Source: an uncultured Dehalococcoidia bacterium (GTDB lineage Bacteria; Chloroflexota; Dehalococcoidia; DSTF01; JACRBR01). Taken from it: a DNA stretch of 64,000 nucleotides. The notes under the pieces were generated by a model. That model ran no database searches. It had not been told where the DNA came from and saw only the letters and a list, made by a program, of their open reading frames with translations. Shown here piece after piece: positions 1 through 10,123 of this stretch. The DNA lies in contig CAZAPT010000004.1 of assembly GCA_964487335.1 (NCBI GenBank), positions 2,427 to 66,426 of the forward strand, written 5' to 3'. Position numbers and translations under genes: made by a program. Every line of letters begins with the position of its first letter. The first letter of the stretch is position 1.

Positions 1-62
1 CAAACGCGACGGTGCGCGTGCGGCACGCCAAGTCACACTCGCAGAAAAAGAAGAAGTCATGA
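1..62 (+). CDS. rplC: 3' end of ribosomal protein L3 (partial; runs off the window start)
   Basis: Frame-3 ORF ends at TGA 60-62, overlapping the L4 ATG (ATGA). It sits directly upstream of rplD, as in the S10 operon. Confidence 0.45.
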   Translation, partial: NATVRVRHAKSHSQKKKKS

Positions 63-724
63 AGCTTGCCGTGCACGACGCCTCGGGGAAGGAAGTAGAC
101 AGCATCGAAGTGGATGATGCGGTGTTCGGCATCGAGCCGAACACCGCGGTCGTGCACCAGGCGCTGGTGGCTTCGATGGCGAACCGGCGCGCGGGCACGG
201 CTACGACGAAGACGCGCGGAGAAGTGCAGGGTTCGACGCGGAAGATCCGGCGGCAGAAAGGCACGGGCGCGTCGCGGCAGGGATCGATCAGGGCGCCGCA
301 TCACCGGCACGGTGGCATCGTGCACGGCCCACGTCGGCGCAGCTATGCGAAGGACCTGCCGAAGCGGATGCGCCGGCTGGCGATCCGATCGGTGCTTTCG
401 TCGAAGGCAGCGGACGGATCGCTGCGCGTCGTTAGCGAGCTAGCGATCTCGTCGCCGAGCACGAAGGCGATGGGATCGATCATCCGCTCGCTGGGGTTTG
501 AGCGATCGGTGCTGGTCGTAACCGGCGCCACGGACGCGAACGCCAAGGCGAGCGCGGGCAACCTCTCGAAGGTGCGCACGATCCCGGCTTCGTACCTCAA
601 CGTTGCGGACATGCTGGCGAGCCAGGGTCTGCTAATGACGGTGGACGCGGTGCGGGGCGCGGAAGCGCTCTGGGGCGGCGAGCGGGCGAAGCGGCGCCGT
701 ACGGCGGCGAAGGTGGAGGCGTAG
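59..724 (+). CDS. rplD: 50S ribosomal protein L4
   Basis: 221-aa ORF with an L4-like sequence, in S10 operon context. Confidence 0.93.
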   Translation: MKLAVHDASGKEVDSIEVDDAVFGIEPNTAVVHQALVASMANRRAGTATTKTRGEVQGSTRKIRRQKGTGASRQGSIRAPHHRHGGIVHGPRRRSYAKDLPKRMRRLAIRSVLSSKAADGSLRVVSELAISSPSTKAMGSIIRSLGFERSVLVVTGATDANAKASAGNLSKVRTIPASYLNVADMLASQGLLMTVDAVRGAEALWGGERAKRRRTAAKVEA

Positions 725-725
725 G

Positions 726-1022
726 ATGCCAAAGCAGTTGCATCCGTACGGGATCATCCTGCGGCCGCTCATCACCGAGAAGGCGCAAGTGCTGACGGGC
801 TTCGGGAAGTACGCGTTCGAGGTGGACCGTCGCGCTAACAAGATGCAGGTGAAGGAAGCCATCGAGGCGACATTCGATGTGACGGTTACGGCAGTGAACA
901 CCTCGATGATGAAGGGCAAGACGAAGCGCTTCGGGCGCAATATGACGAAGCGTCCGAACTGGAAGAAGGCGGTCGTGACGCTGGCGGCGGGCGACAAGAT
1001 CGACCTGTTCGAGGGCGTGTAG
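726..1022 (+). CDS. rplW: 50S ribosomal protein L23
   Basis: 98-aa ORF with an L23-like sequence; conserved gene order. Confidence 0.92.
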   Translation: MPKQLHPYGIILRPLITEKAQVLTGFGKYAFEVDRRANKMQVKEAIEATFDVTVTAVNTSMMKGKTKRFGRNMTKRPNWKKAVVTLAAGDKIDLFEGV

Positions 1023-1025
1023 ACG

Positions 1026-1856
1026 ATGGCGATCAAGCAGTTCAAGCCCACGTCTCCCGGTCGCCGCGGCATGACCGGATTCAGCTTCGACGAGATCACC
1101 AAGTCGAAGCCGGAGAAGTCGCTGCTTGCGACGCGCAAGAAGACGGCGGGACGCAACGCACAGGGGCGTATCACGGTGCGGCACCGCGGCGGCGGGTCGA
1201 AGCGGCGCATCCGGATCATCGACTTCAAGCGGGACAAGATCGGCATTCCGGGGCGGGTCGTTGCCGTGGAATACGACCCGGGACGTTCGGCGCGGATCGC
1301 GCTGGTCGCGTATCGAGACGGCGAGAAGCGATACATCCTTGCTCCTGTCGGGCTGAAGGTGAACGACAACGTGCAGGCGGGACCGGACGCGGACGTGCGC
1401 GTTGGCAACGCGCTGGCGCTGCAGAACATGCCAAACGGGACGGTGATTCACAACATCGAAATGACGCCCGGGCGGGGCGGCCAGATCGTGCGGAGCGCGG
1501 GCGCATCGGCGCAGCTCATGGCGAAGGAAGGCGAGTACTGCCTGCTTCGGCTGCCTTCGGGCGAGATGCGGCGCGTGCTGTCGCGGTGCATGGCGACGGT
1601 CGGGCAGGTGGGGAACGTCGAGAACTCGTTAATCAAGCTCGGGAAGGCGGGACGCACGCGGCATCGCAGACGACGGCCGCAGGTGCGCGGGGCGGTGATG
1701 AACCCGGTCGATCACCCGCACGGCGGCGGCGAGGGCAAGGCGCCCGTGGGCATGCCGGGGCCGAAGTCCCCATGGGGCAAGCCGACGCTTGGCAAGCGCA
1801 CCCGCGGCAGGAAGCCATCGGACAAGTTCATCGTGCGGCGTAGGAAGCAGGGATAG
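1026..1856 (+). CDS. rplB: 50S ribosomal protein L2
   Basis: 276 aa; carries the L2 signature region [14 protein letters not shown]. Confidence 0.96.
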   Translation: MAIKQFKPTSPGRRGMTGFSFDEITKSKPEKSLLATRKKTAGRNAQGRITVRHRGGGSKRRIRIIDFKRDKIGIPGRVVAVEYDPGRSARIALVAYRDGEKRYILAPVGLKVNDNVQAGPDADVRVGNALALQNMPNGTVIHNIEMTPGRGGQIVRSAGASAQLMAKEGEYCLLRLPSGEMRRVLSRCMATVGQVGNVENSLIKLGKAGRTRHRRRRPQVRGAVMNPVDHPHGGGEGKAPVGMPGPKSPWGKPTLGKRTRGRKPSDKFIVRRRKQG

Positions 1857-2183
1857 ATGTCGCGATCGGTGAAGAAGGGGCCGTTCATCGACCCCAAGCT
1901 GCTCAAGAAAGTGGAAGCGGTGAAGCGCACGAACGCGCGCACCGTCATCCGCACGTGGTCGAGGGCGTCGACGATCATGCCGGACATGGTGGGCATGACG
2001 ATCGCCGTGCACGACGGCCGGCGGCACGTGCCGATCTTCATCTCGGAAAACATGGTCGGACACAAGCTGGGCGAGTTCGCGTTGACGCGGCACTTCCGCG
2101 GACACACGAGCAAGTCGGAGAAGGCATCGCGGACGGCGGGACCGGCGCCAGCGCCGGCGGCGGGGTCGGGAGGACGCAGGTAA
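1857..2183 (+). CDS. rpsS: 30S ribosomal protein S19 (short Ala/Pro-rich C-terminal tail)
   Basis: S19-like N-terminus [10 protein letters not shown]; conserved order. Confidence 0.92.
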   Translation: MSRSVKKGPFIDPKLLKKVEAVKRTNARTVIRTWSRASTIMPDMVGMTIAVHDGRRHVPIFISENMVGHKLGEFALTRHFRGHTSKSEKASRTAGPAPAPAAGSGGRR

Positions 2184-2186
2184 GGC

Positions 2187-2522
2187 ATGGAAGTCAGCGC
2201 GACGGCGAAATACCTGCCGGTGTCGGCGCGAAAGGTGCGGCTCGTGCTCGAGCAGCTGCCGGGCAAGCGCGTCGGTGACGCGATCATGATGCTGCGGTTC
2301 CTGCCGACGCCTCACGCGCGGCTGGTGGAGAAGGTCGTGAAGTCTGCGGCTTCGAACGCGGAGAACAACTACGCGCTCGACATGAACGAGCTGCGCATCA
2401 AGCGGGCGTACGCGGGCGAGGCGCGGACCCTGAAGCGATTCAAGGCGAAGGCGCGCGGTCGCGTGGCGCCGATCCTTCGGCGAACGAGCCACGTGACGGT
2501 GATCGTGGAAGAGGAACAGTAG
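2187..2522 (+). CDS. rplV: 50S ribosomal protein L22
   Basis: 111 aa, L22-like; conserved order. Confidence 0.92.
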   Translation: MEVSATAKYLPVSARKVRLVLEQLPGKRVGDAIMMLRFLPTPHARLVEKVVKSAASNAENNYALDMNELRIKRAYAGEARTLKRFKAKARGRVAPILRRTSHVTVIVEEEQ

Positions 2523-3286
2523 TGGGACACAAAGTACATCCGACGGGATTTCGCACCGGCGTCATCTACGACTGGCAGAGCAAGTGGTTCGCGGGCAAGA
2601 ACTACAAGGAGCTGCTGCACGAGGACGTCGCGATCAGGCGGCGCATCATGGACGGCCGCAACGTCGATGCGGGGATCTCGCGGGTAGACATCGACCGGAA
2701 CGCGAACCAGCTCACGATCACGATCCACACGGCGAAGCCGGGGATCGTCATTGGACGGAGCGGCGCGAACGTGGACCAGCTTCGGACGGAGCTGGAGAAG
2801 ACGACCGGCAAGCGCGTTCGGGTGAACATCAACGAGATCCGGCAGCCGGAGCTGGATGCGTATCTCGTCGCGCGGAGCATCGCCGAGCAGCTGCAGCGGC
2901 GGGTGGCGTTCCGTCGCGCGATCAAGCAGACGGTGGCGCGGACGATGGCGCGCGGCGCGAAGGGCATCAAGGTGGGGGTGGCGGGACGGCTCGGCGGTTC
3001 AGAGATGTCGCGGCGCGAGTCGGAGAAGCAGGGGCAGATCCCTCTGCACACGCTGCGGGCGGACATCGACTTCGGACTGGCTGAGGCGCACACGACCTTC
3101 GGGCGGATCGGCGTGAAGGTGTGGATCTACAAGGGCGAGATCGCGCCGCCGCCGAAGAAGCGACAAGAGGAGCCTGCGCGCGAGGCGGTCGAGGCCGCGA
3201 CGCCGGAGCCCGCAGCTGTAGAGAGCGCACCGGCGCCGAGCGCGGCGACGGCGAGCGCACAGCAGCCAAGCGGGACGAGCGAGTAA
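2522..3286 (+). CDS. rpsC: 30S ribosomal protein S3
   Basis: 254 aa, KH-domain S3-like, with an Ala/Pro-rich C-terminal tail. Confidence 0.94.
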   Translation: MGHKVHPTGFRTGVIYDWQSKWFAGKNYKELLHEDVAIRRRIMDGRNVDAGISRVDIDRNANQLTITIHTAKPGIVIGRSGANVDQLRTELEKTTGKRVRVNINEIRQPELDAYLVARSIAEQLQRRVAFRRAIKQTVARTMARGAKGIKVGVAGRLGGSEMSRRESEKQGQIPLHTLRADIDFGLAEAHTTFGRIGVKVWIYKGEIAPPPKKRQEEPAREAVEAATPEPAAVESAPAPSAATASAQQPSGTSE

Positions 3287-3292
3287 CGAGCG

Positions 3293-3712
3293 ATGCTGCA
3301 ACCCAAACGACAGAAGTTCCGAAAGCAGCACCGCGGGCACCGGCGCGGGAAGGCGAACAGCGGCAACGAAGTAAGCTTCGGCGAGTTCGGGCTGCAGGCG
3401 CTTGGCGCCGCGTGGATCGACAGCCGCCAGATCGAGGCGGCGCGGCGCGCGATCACGCACGAGCTGAAGCGCGGCGGCAAGGTGTGGATCAGGATCTTCC
3501 CGGACAAGCCGGTGACGTCGAAGCCGGCGGAGACGCGGATGGGCAGCGGGAAGGGTGCGCCTGACCACTTCGTCGCGGTGGTGAAGCCGGGGCGGATGCT
3601 GTTCGAAGTGGCGGGAGTGAAGGAAGACCTGGCCCGTGCGGCGCTTCGGCTGGCGGCGCACAAGCTGAGCGTCGAGACACGCACCGTCATACGCGAGCAC
3701 GAGGGCATCTGA
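3293..3712 (+). CDS. rplP: 50S ribosomal protein L16
   Basis: 139 aa; L16-like N-terminus [15 protein letters not shown]. Confidence 0.95.
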   Translation: MLQPKRQKFRKQHRGHRRGKANSGNEVSFGEFGLQALGAAWIDSRQIEAARRAITHELKRGGKVWIRIFPDKPVTSKPAETRMGSGKGAPDHFVAVVKPGRMLFEVAGVKEDLARAALRLAAHKLSVETRTVIREHEGI

Positions 3713-3954
3713 TGGCGCGTCGAGGCAAGAAGGAGAAGGCGGAGGAGCTGCGCGGATTGTCGGACGACGCGCTGGCGAAGGAACTGACAGACGCGTACCG
3801 GCGGTTGTTCACGCTCCGGTTGCAGTTGACGACGCGACAGCAGACGAACACGGCGGAGAAGGCGAAGGTGACGCGGCAGATCGCGCGGATCCGGACGATC
3901 CAGCGCGAGCGCGAACTTTCTGCGGCGTACACCGCGATGGGGCACGGAAGGTAG
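3712..3954 (+). CDS. rpmC: 50S ribosomal protein L29
   Basis: 80 aa; its start overlaps the L16 stop; L29-like helical sequence. Confidence 0.88.
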   Translation: MARRGKKEKAEELRGLSDDALAKELTDAYRRLFTLRLQLTTRQQTNTAEKAKVTRQIARIRTIQRERELSAAYTAMGHGR

Positions 3955-3960
3955 TTAGCG

Positions 3961-4494
3961 ATGGCGACGCAAGAGAAGCTGCAGGTCGGGACGGTCGTCA
4001 GCAACAAAATGGACAAGACCGTCGTCGTGCGCATCGACCGGTACAAGCGGCACCGCCTGTACGGGAAGACGATGAAGGTGACGCAGCGGTACAAGGCGCA
4101 CGACGAGAAGAACGAGTGCCGTCTGGGCGACATCGTGCGGATCTCGGAGACGCGGCCGCTGTCGCGCGAGAAGCGATGGCGGATCGTCGAAGTCATCACG
4201 AAGGGTGACGTCGCCGAGATCGCGCCTCGCGACATCGGATCGACGCTGCTGGAGGAGACGCGCGCGGCGGCGGACGCGGAAATCGCGGCGCGGCTCGAGC
4301 GCGAGCGGGTCGAGCGGGAGGCACGCCGGGCGGAGGAAGAGGCCGCTGCTGAAGCGAGCACCGGTGAGGCGAGCACATCTGCGGCGGGTGAACCGGCATC
4401 GACGGAGATCGTGGATGACACGCCGATGGCGCCGGCGGACCAGATCGAGACGCTGGAAGAGGACGCTGCCGAGAAGCGCGAGGAGGAGCCGTGA
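3961..4494 (+). CDS. rpsQ: 30S ribosomal protein S17 with a roughly 90-aa acidic, Ala-rich C-terminal extension
   Basis: The N-terminal ~85 aa is S17-like ([16 protein letters not shown]...). The remainder is a low-complexity E/A-rich tail. Confidence 0.9.
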   Translation: MATQEKLQVGTVVSNKMDKTVVVRIDRYKRHRLYGKTMKVTQRYKAHDEKNECRLGDIVRISETRPLSREKRWRIVEVITKGDVAEIAPRDIGSTLLEETRAAADAEIAARLERERVEREARRAEEEAAAEASTGEASTSAAGEPASTEIVDDTPMAPADQIETLEEDAAEKREEEP

Positions 4495-4859
4495 TCCAGC
4501 AGTACACGCGGCTCAAGGTCGCGGACAACTCGGGGGCGCGGGCGCTGATGTGCATCACCGTGCTCGGGGGATCGCGGCGGCGATACGCGCGGGTGGGGGA
4601 CATCATAGTGGCGTCCGTGAAGCAGGCGCAGCCGGGAGCCGGCGTGAAGAAGGGCGACGTGGTGAAGGCAGTCGTCGTGCGGACGGCGAAACCCTACGGG
4701 CGGCCCGATGGGTCGTACATCCGCTTCGACGAGAACGCGGCCGTGGTGCTATCGGACGCGCAGAACCCTCGGGGTACGCGCATCTTCGGGCCGGTGGCGC
4801 GCGAGCTGCGGGACAAGAACTTCACGAAGATCGTGTCGCTGGCGCCGGAGGTGGTGTAG
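4491..4859 (+). CDS. rplN: 50S ribosomal protein L14
   Basis: 122 aa; L14-like N-terminus [16 protein letters not shown]. Confidence 0.95.
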   Translation: MIQQYTRLKVADNSGARALMCITVLGGSRRRYARVGDIIVASVKQAQPGAGVKKGDVVKAVVVRTAKPYGRPDGSYIRFDENAAVVLSDAQNPRGTRIFGPVARELRDKNFTKIVSLAPEVV

Positions 4860-4861
4860 CG

Positions 4862-5215
4862 ATGCGGAAAGTCAAGCGCGACGACAACGTGCTGATCCTG
4901 ACCGGCAAGGACCGCGGGAAGGTCGGCGTGGTGCGCGCGGTCATCGGCGGCGGGGATGTTGTGAAGGTGAAGGGGCACCGTCCGAAGGTGATGGAGGACA
5001 AGGTCTTCGTGACCGGTCTGAACATCTCGAAGCGGCACAAGGCGCAGCAGCCGGGGGTGACGCAGGCCGGCATCATCGAGAAGGAGATGCCGATGCCGCT
5101 GTCGAAGGTGATGGTGATCTGCAAGAGCTGCAGCAAGCCGACGCGGGTGGGCTTCCTAATCCGCGCGAACGAGAAGCATCGCGTGTGCCGGAACTGCGGG
5201 CAGGACATCGACTGA
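4862..5215 (+). CDS. rplX: 50S ribosomal protein L24, zinc-ribbon (C+) form
   Basis: ATG at 4862 inside a longer spurious ORF. The KOW-type L24 core is followed by CKSC...CRNC, as in Thermus-type L24. Confidence 0.88.
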   Translation: MRKVKRDDNVLILTGKDRGKVGVVRAVIGGGDVVKVKGHRPKVMEDKVFVTGLNISKRHKAQQPGVTQAGIIEKEMPMPLSKVMVICKSCSKPTRVGFLIRANEKHRVCRNCGQDID

Positions 5216-5766
5216 TGGCGCCGAGACTGAAGGAACGCTACAGAAGCGAGATCGTACCGGAGCTGATGCGCGAGTTCAGCTATCGGAACGTGATGCAGGT
5301 GCCGCGGGTCGAGAAGGTGACGCTGAACATCGGGCTCGGCGAGGCGCGGGACAATGCGCGCGCGGTGGAATCGGCGACGGCGGACCTGGCGACGATCAGC
5401 GGACAGAAGGCAGTGATCACGAAGGCGAAGAAGGCGATCGCGAACTTCAAGATCCGGCAGAACATGCCGATCGGCGCCGCGGTGACGCTACGCGGAGACC
5501 GGATGTACGAGTTCCTCGACCGGATGGTGAACGCCGCGCTGCCGCGCATCCGGGACTTCCGGGGGGTGTCGACGAAGGCGTTCGACGGACGGGGCAACTT
5601 CAGCCTGGGGCTCCGGGAGCAGTTGATCTTCCCGGAGATCGACTACGACAAGGTGGACCGGATCCGGGGGCTGGAGGTGAACATCATCACCACGGCACGG
5701 AACGACGAAGAGGGGCGGCGGCTGCTCGAGATGATGGGCATGCCGTTCGCAAAGGACCGGACGTAA
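5215..5766 (+). CDS. rplE: 50S ribosomal protein L5
   Basis: The ATG overlaps the L24 stop; L5-like sequence. Confidence 0.92.
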   Translation: MAPRLKERYRSEIVPELMREFSYRNVMQVPRVEKVTLNIGLGEARDNARAVESATADLATISGQKAVITKAKKAIANFKIRQNMPIGAAVTLRGDRMYEFLDRMVNAALPRIRDFRGVSTKAFDGRGNFSLGLREQLIFPEIDYDKVDRIRGLEVNIITTARNDEEGRRLLEMMGMPFAKDRT

Positions 5767-5768
5767 AT

Positions 5769-5954
5769 ATGGCGAAGACATCGCAAATTGTGAGAGCAAA
5801 CCGAGAGCCGAAGTTCCCGGCACGGGCGAAGAACCGCTGCAAGATCTGCGGCCGGGCGCGGGCGTACATCCGCGACTTCGCGCTGTGCAGGATCTGCTTC
5901 CGGGGGATGGCGCTGAAGGGGCAGCTTCCCGGGGTAAAGAAGTCGAGCTGGTAG
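5769..5954 (+). CDS. rpsN: 30S ribosomal protein S14 type Z (zinc-binding, 61 aa)
   Basis: CKICGR...CRICFR motif in a short 61-aa form. Confidence 0.93.
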   Translation: MAKTSQIVRANREPKFPARAKNRCKICGRARAYIRDFALCRICFRGMALKGQLPGVKKSSW

Positions 5955-6035
5955 CAGGCGGATCGCTTCGGCGGTCCTTCCCGAAGCATCCGACCACAGG
6001 CGGATGAGCGCGGGAGAACGAGGGAGACGCAAGCA

Positions 6036-6434
6036 GTGAACATGACCGACCCGATCGCGGACATGCTGACGAGGATCCGCAACGCGGTGACGGCGAAGCA
6101 CGAGTTCGTCAACATCCCGGCTTCGAAGATGAAGCTGGCGATCGCCGACGTACTGCGCAACGAGGGGTTCATCCGGGGGTATGAGGTCGCGGAGGACGGA
6201 CCGCGGAAGCTGATGCGGGTGCACCTGAACTACACCGGGAAGAAGGACCCGGTGCTGAGCGGTTTGCAGCGGGTCAGCAAGCCGGGTCTCCGGGTGTACG
6301 TGCAGAAGCGCGAGATCCCGCGCGTGTACGGCGGCCTGGGGATCGCGATCCTCTCGACGCCGCAGGGGATCATGACGGGGCAGGACGCGTGGCGCCGGAG
6401 CATCGGCGGCGAAGTCCTGTGTTACGTGTGGTGA
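6036..6434 (+). CDS. rpsH: 30S ribosomal protein S8
   Basis: S8-like N-terminus [15 protein letters not shown]; the start may be the ATG at 6042. Confidence 0.93.
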   Translation: MNMTDPIADMLTRIRNAVTAKHEFVNIPASKMKLAIADVLRNEGFIRGYEVAEDGPRKLMRVHLNYTGKKDPVLSGLQRVSKPGLRVYVQKREIPRVYGGLGIAILSTPQGIMTGQDAWRRSIGGEVLCYVW

Positions 6435-6438
6435 TGCA

Positions 6439-6984
6439 ATGTCACGAATAGGCAAGCTACCCATCCCAGTGGCGAAGGGAGTCCAGGTCGACATCGACGG
6501 GTCGACGGTTAAGGTCAAAGGGCCGAAGGGCGAGCTATCGCGCCATTTCCCACGCGGCGTCTCGTTCGCGCTCGAGGACGGACGTGTGGTGGTGCAGCGC
6601 GAGAGCGACGAGAAGCCGGTGAAGGCGCTGCACGGACTGTCGCGCTCTCTGCTGGCGAACATGGTCACCGGCGTGTCGGAGGGCTTCACGAAGAGCCTGG
6701 AACTGCAAGGCGTCGGATATCGCGTGCAGCAGGCGGGGCCCAAGATCACGCTTTCGGTCGGGTACTCTCATCCCGTCGAAGTGGCGCCGCCGCCGGGGAT
6801 CGAGTTGCAGGTAGACGGCACGACGCGTCTGCACGTTCGGGGCATCGACAAAGAGCTGGTCGGGCAGGTCGCGGCGGACATCCGCAAGGTGCGGAAGCCG
6901 GAGCCGTACAAGGGGAAGGGAATCCGGTACGTCGGCGAGCGCGTTCGGCGGAAGGCCGGGAAAGCCGGGAAGGCCGGCAAGTAG
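6439..6984 (+). CDS. rplF: 50S ribosomal protein L6
   Basis: 181 aa; L6-like N-terminus SRIGKLPIPV. Confidence 0.93.
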   Translation: MSRIGKLPIPVAKGVQVDIDGSTVKVKGPKGELSRHFPRGVSFALEDGRVVVQRESDEKPVKALHGLSRSLLANMVTGVSEGFTKSLELQGVGYRVQQAGPKITLSVGYSHPVEVAPPPGIELQVDGTTRLHVRGIDKELVGQVAADIRKVRKPEPYKGKGIRYVGERVRRKAGKAGKAGK

Positions 6985-7347
6985 ATGAAGAAGACGAAGA
7001 CATCACGAGCGGCGCGGGGCCGCCGCCACGAGCGGGTGCGGAAGACGGTCGGAGGGACGGCGTCGCGGCCACGGTTGGCCGTGTATCGCAGCCTGACGCA
7101 CATCTACGCGCAGGTCATCGACGACGCGCAGGGGCGCACGCTGGCGGCTGCTTCGGACGTGGAGAAGGACCTGAAGGGAACGTCGGGCAACAAGACGGCG
7201 CGCGCGAAAGCCGTCGGCGCGGCGCTGGGAAAGAAGGCCGTGGACGCGGGCGTGACGCAGGTGGTGTTCGACCGCGGCGGGAACAAGTACCACGGGCGGG
7301 TTAAGGCGCTTGCCGACGCGGCGCGCGAATCTGGCCTGAAGTTCTAG
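6985..7347 (+). CDS. rplR: 50S ribosomal protein L18
   Basis: 120 aa, L18-like. Confidence 0.9.
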   Translation: MKKTKTSRAARGRRHERVRKTVGGTASRPRLAVYRSLTHIYAQVIDDAQGRTLAAASDVEKDLKGTSGNKTARAKAVGAALGKKAVDAGVTQVVFDRGGNKYHGRVKALADAARESGLKF

Positions 7348-7368
7348 GACGAGGAGAATCGACGAGCG

Positions 7369-7896
7369 ATGGTAGGTGACCGCAGGGGTCCACGAGGCGA
7401 GGGACGCGACCAGGAACTTCAGGAGAAGGTCGTCTACATCAACCGTGTCTCGAAGGTTGTGAAGGGCGGACGTCGGTTCAGTTTCAGCGCGGTCGTGGTC
7501 GTTGGCGACGGGCAGGGCCGAGTGGGCGCCGGGATGGGCAAAGCCAACGAAGTGCCCGAGGCTATCCGGAAGGGATCGGCGATCGCGCGGAAGAACCTGA
7601 TCCGTGTGCCGATGAACCAAACCACGATCGCGCACCCGATCGTCGCGCAGTTCGGTGCAGCGAAGGTGATGATGAAGCCGGCATCGGCGGGGACGGGCGT
7701 GATCGCGGGCGGCGGAGTGCGAGCAGTGATGGAGTCAGCGGGGATCAAGGACGTGCTGACGAAGTCGCTGGGCTCGGCGAACGCGATCAACGTCGTGAAG
7801 GCGACGATCGCGGGGCTTTCGCAGCTGCGCGATCCGAAGCGAGAAGTGGCGCGGCGCCGAGCATCGGCGAGCCGCCAGTCGGCAGCCGAGGCGTAG
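7369..7896 (+). CDS. rpsE: 30S ribosomal protein S5
   Basis: S5-like region [10 protein letters not shown]. Confidence 0.93.
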   Translation: MVGDRRGPRGEGRDQELQEKVVYINRVSKVVKGGRRFSFSAVVVVGDGQGRVGAGMGKANEVPEAIRKGSAIARKNLIRVPMNQTTIAHPIVAQFGAAKVMMKPASAGTGVIAGGGVRAVMESAGIKDVLTKSLGSANAINVVKATIAGLSQLRDPKREVARRRASASRQSAAEA

Positions 7897-8081
7897 TGAT
7901 GGCGAAGATACAGGTGACCTGGGAGCGAAGCGGCATCAACCAGCGCGAGGACCAGAAGCGCACGATCCGGGCGCTCGGACTGCGACGGCTGGGCCAGACC
8001 GTCGAGCACGACGACACGCGAACGATCCGCGGGATGGTGCTGAAGGTGCGGCACCTGGTGCGGGTGCAGGAGGCGACGTAG
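7896..8081 (+). CDS. rpmD: 50S ribosomal protein L30
   Basis: 61 aa; overlaps the S5 stop; conserved order. Confidence 0.88.
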   Translation: MMAKIQVTWERSGINQREDQKRTIRALGLRRLGQTVEHDDTRTIRGMVLKVRHLVRVQEAT

Positions 8082-8765
8082 GTGCAGCAGCACGAATTGC
8101 GCCAGACGCCGGGTGCAACGCATCGGCGGAAGCGGGTCGGGCGCGGCAACGCGAGCGGCCATGGCACCTACTCGGGGAAGGGGCTCAAGGGCCAGAAGGC
8201 GCGCGCCGGCGGTGGCGTGCGGCCGGGCTTCGAGGGCGGGCAGCTGCCGCTGATCCGGCGCATGGCGCGGAAGCGGGGATTCCGGAACCCGTTCCGAGTG
8301 GACTACGAAGAAGTGAACGTCGGGCAGCTCGGCCGGTTCGAGCCGGGCGCGGAGGTGAACGCGCAGGCGCTGCTGGAGGCGCGGATCATCCGGCAACTGC
8401 GGAAGCCAGTGAAGATCTTGGGCCAAGGCGACATAACGACGGCGCTCACAGTGGAGGCTGTCAGCTTCTCGAATGCGGCGCGGAGTAAGATTGAGGCAGC
8501 GGGCGGAACGGTGCGGTGGCTCAACGGCGAGCCGCCGCCACGGGAAGAGCCGGTGGCGAAGGCCGCGCCGGCAGCGAAGCCGGAGAAGAAGGGGAAGCGC
8601 CAGGCGGAAGACGCGAGCGCGAGCGGCGACGGAGCGCCAGCGGCAACTGCAGAAGAAGGCGAGGCTGCGCCGAAGCGTGCTTCGCGAAAGAAAGCGGATG
8701 TGAGCAGCGAGGCGAAGGACGAGGCAGGGGTAGAGGAGACGCCGGAAGATGGCGCTGGCAGCTAG
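8082..8765 (+). CDS. rplO: 50S ribosomal protein L15 with a Lys/Ala/Glu-rich C-terminal extension
   Basis: GTG start. The N-terminal ~145 aa is L15-like; the ~80-aa tail is low-complexity. Confidence 0.9.
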   Translation: MQQHELRQTPGATHRRKRVGRGNASGHGTYSGKGLKGQKARAGGGVRPGFEGGQLPLIRRMARKRGFRNPFRVDYEEVNVGQLGRFEPGAEVNAQALLEARIIRQLRKPVKILGQGDITTALTVEAVSFSNAARSKIEAAGGTVRWLNGEPPPREEPVAKAAPAAKPEKKGKRQAEDASASGDGAPAATAEEGEAAPKRASRKKADVSSEAKDEAGVEETPEDGAGS

Positions 8766-10122
8766 CAGACAGCAGGCGGCGAACAGGCCGCGACTCCTCC
8801 AGGCGCTGTTCGACGCCCTGCAGCAGGAGGACATCCGGAAGAAGCTGTTGTTTACAGCGGCGCTCCTCGTGGTCTTCCGTTTCGTCGCGCATATCCCAAT
8901 CCCGAACGTCAACCCTAACCTGCTGGAAAAGCAGTTCGACCAGAACAAGCTGCTCGGGTTGTTCAACCTGTTCAGCGGCGGCGCGTTGCGCAGGATCAGC
9001 ATCGCGGCGCTGGGCGTGTACCCGTACATCACGGCGTCGATCATCATGCAGCTGATCACACCGCTGTTCCCCTCGCTGCAGGCGCTTCAGAAGGAAGGGG
9101 AGCAGGGTCGGCACCGCCTCGAGCTGTACCAGCATTGGATGGCGGTACCGCTGTGCTTCGTGCAGGGTTATGCGCAGCTGGTGCTGTTGCACCGAATCGC
9201 GCAGAACGACGCAGCGGTGTTCAACCCGAGCCTGAGCGGGAACAACGCACTGCCGACGATCACGGCATTGTTTGCGATGACGGCTGGAACGATGTTCCTG
9301 GTCTGGCTGGGGGAGCTGATTACCGAGAACGGCATCGGGAACGGGATCTCAATCATTATCTTTGGCGGGATCGTCGCGGGCATGCCCGGACTGATCAACA
9401 ACGTGTTCAGCACGTCGCTGGGGCTGTTCTACGTCATCCTGCTCGTCGTGGTGGCGATCCTGCTGGTCGCCGCGATCGTCTTCATGCAGGAGGCGACGCG
9501 GAAGGTTCCCGTGCAGTATGCGAAGAGCGTGTTCAGAGCGGGGAAGATGTACAGACAATCGGGGCAGAGCCATATCCCGTTGCGGGTGAACTCGGCGGGC
9601 ATGATCCCGCTGATCTTCGCGTACTCGATCGTGATCCTTCCGGCGACGATCGCGCAGTTCTTCGACACGTCTGACACGACGTGGATCCGGAACGGGGCGA
9701 AGTTCTTCGAGAACGTGCTGTCGCCGGGAACAGGCCAGGGCGGGCAGGGCAGCAGCCCGGGGTTCTACATCCTGGTGTTCCTGCTCGTTGTCGGCTTCAG
9801 CTTCTTCTACACGCTGGTGATCTTCCAGCAGCAGAACCTCGCGGAGAACCTGCAGAAGCAAGGCGGCTTCGTTCCGGGGATCCGGCCCGGACGCCCGACG
9901 GGCGAGTACATCATGCGCGTGCTGGTGCGGATCACATGGGCGGGCGCGCTGTTCCTGGGGATCGTGGCGATCATCCCTTACCTAGTGACGAACTGGTTCA
10001 ACATCACCTCGCTAACGATCAGCAGCACGGGGATGCTCATCGTGGTCGGCGTCGTGCTGGATACGATGAAGCAGCTCGAAGCGCAGTTGCTGATGCGCAA
10101 CTACGAAGGGTTCATCCGCTGA
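8749..10122 (+). CDS. secY: Preprotein translocase subunit SecY
   Basis: 457 aa, multi-TM protein with a SecY-like sequence, between L15 and adk. Confidence 0.95.
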   Translation: MALAASRQQAANRPRLLQALFDALQQEDIRKKLLFTAALLVVFRFVAHIPIPNVNPNLLEKQFDQNKLLGLFNLFSGGALRRISIAALGVYPYITASIIMQLITPLFPSLQALQKEGEQGRHRLELYQHWMAVPLCFVQGYAQLVLLHRIAQNDAAVFNPSLSGNNALPTITALFAMTAGTMFLVWLGELITENGIGNGISIIIFGGIVAGMPGLINNVFSTSLGLFYVILLVVVAILLVAAIVFMQEATRKVPVQYAKSVFRAGKMYRQSGQSHIPLRVNSAGMIPLIFAYSIVILPATIAQFFDTSDTTWIRNGAKFFENVLSPGTGQGGQGSSPGFYILVFLLVVGFSFFYTLVIFQQQNLAENLQKQGGFVPGIRPGRPTGEYIMRVLVRITWAGALFLGIVAIIPYLVTNWFNITSLTISSTGMLIVVGVVLDTMKQLEAQLLMRNYEGFIR

Positions 10123-10123
10123 C

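Noticed and set aside
597-1451. Long antisense ORFs over the ribosomal-protein operon (for example 597-1451 -, 1629-2492 -, 7434-9059 - at 541 aa, 12700-13314 -)
   Set aside because: They lie antisense to strongly supported r-protein genes and are Arg/Pro/Ala-rich nonsense typical of open GC-rich frames. They carry no motifs.
4205-5215. 336-aa plus-strand ORF ending at the L24 stop
   Set aside because: Only the last 117 codons (from ATG 4862) are L24. The upstream part overlaps S17/L14 in another frame and is Arg-rich noise.
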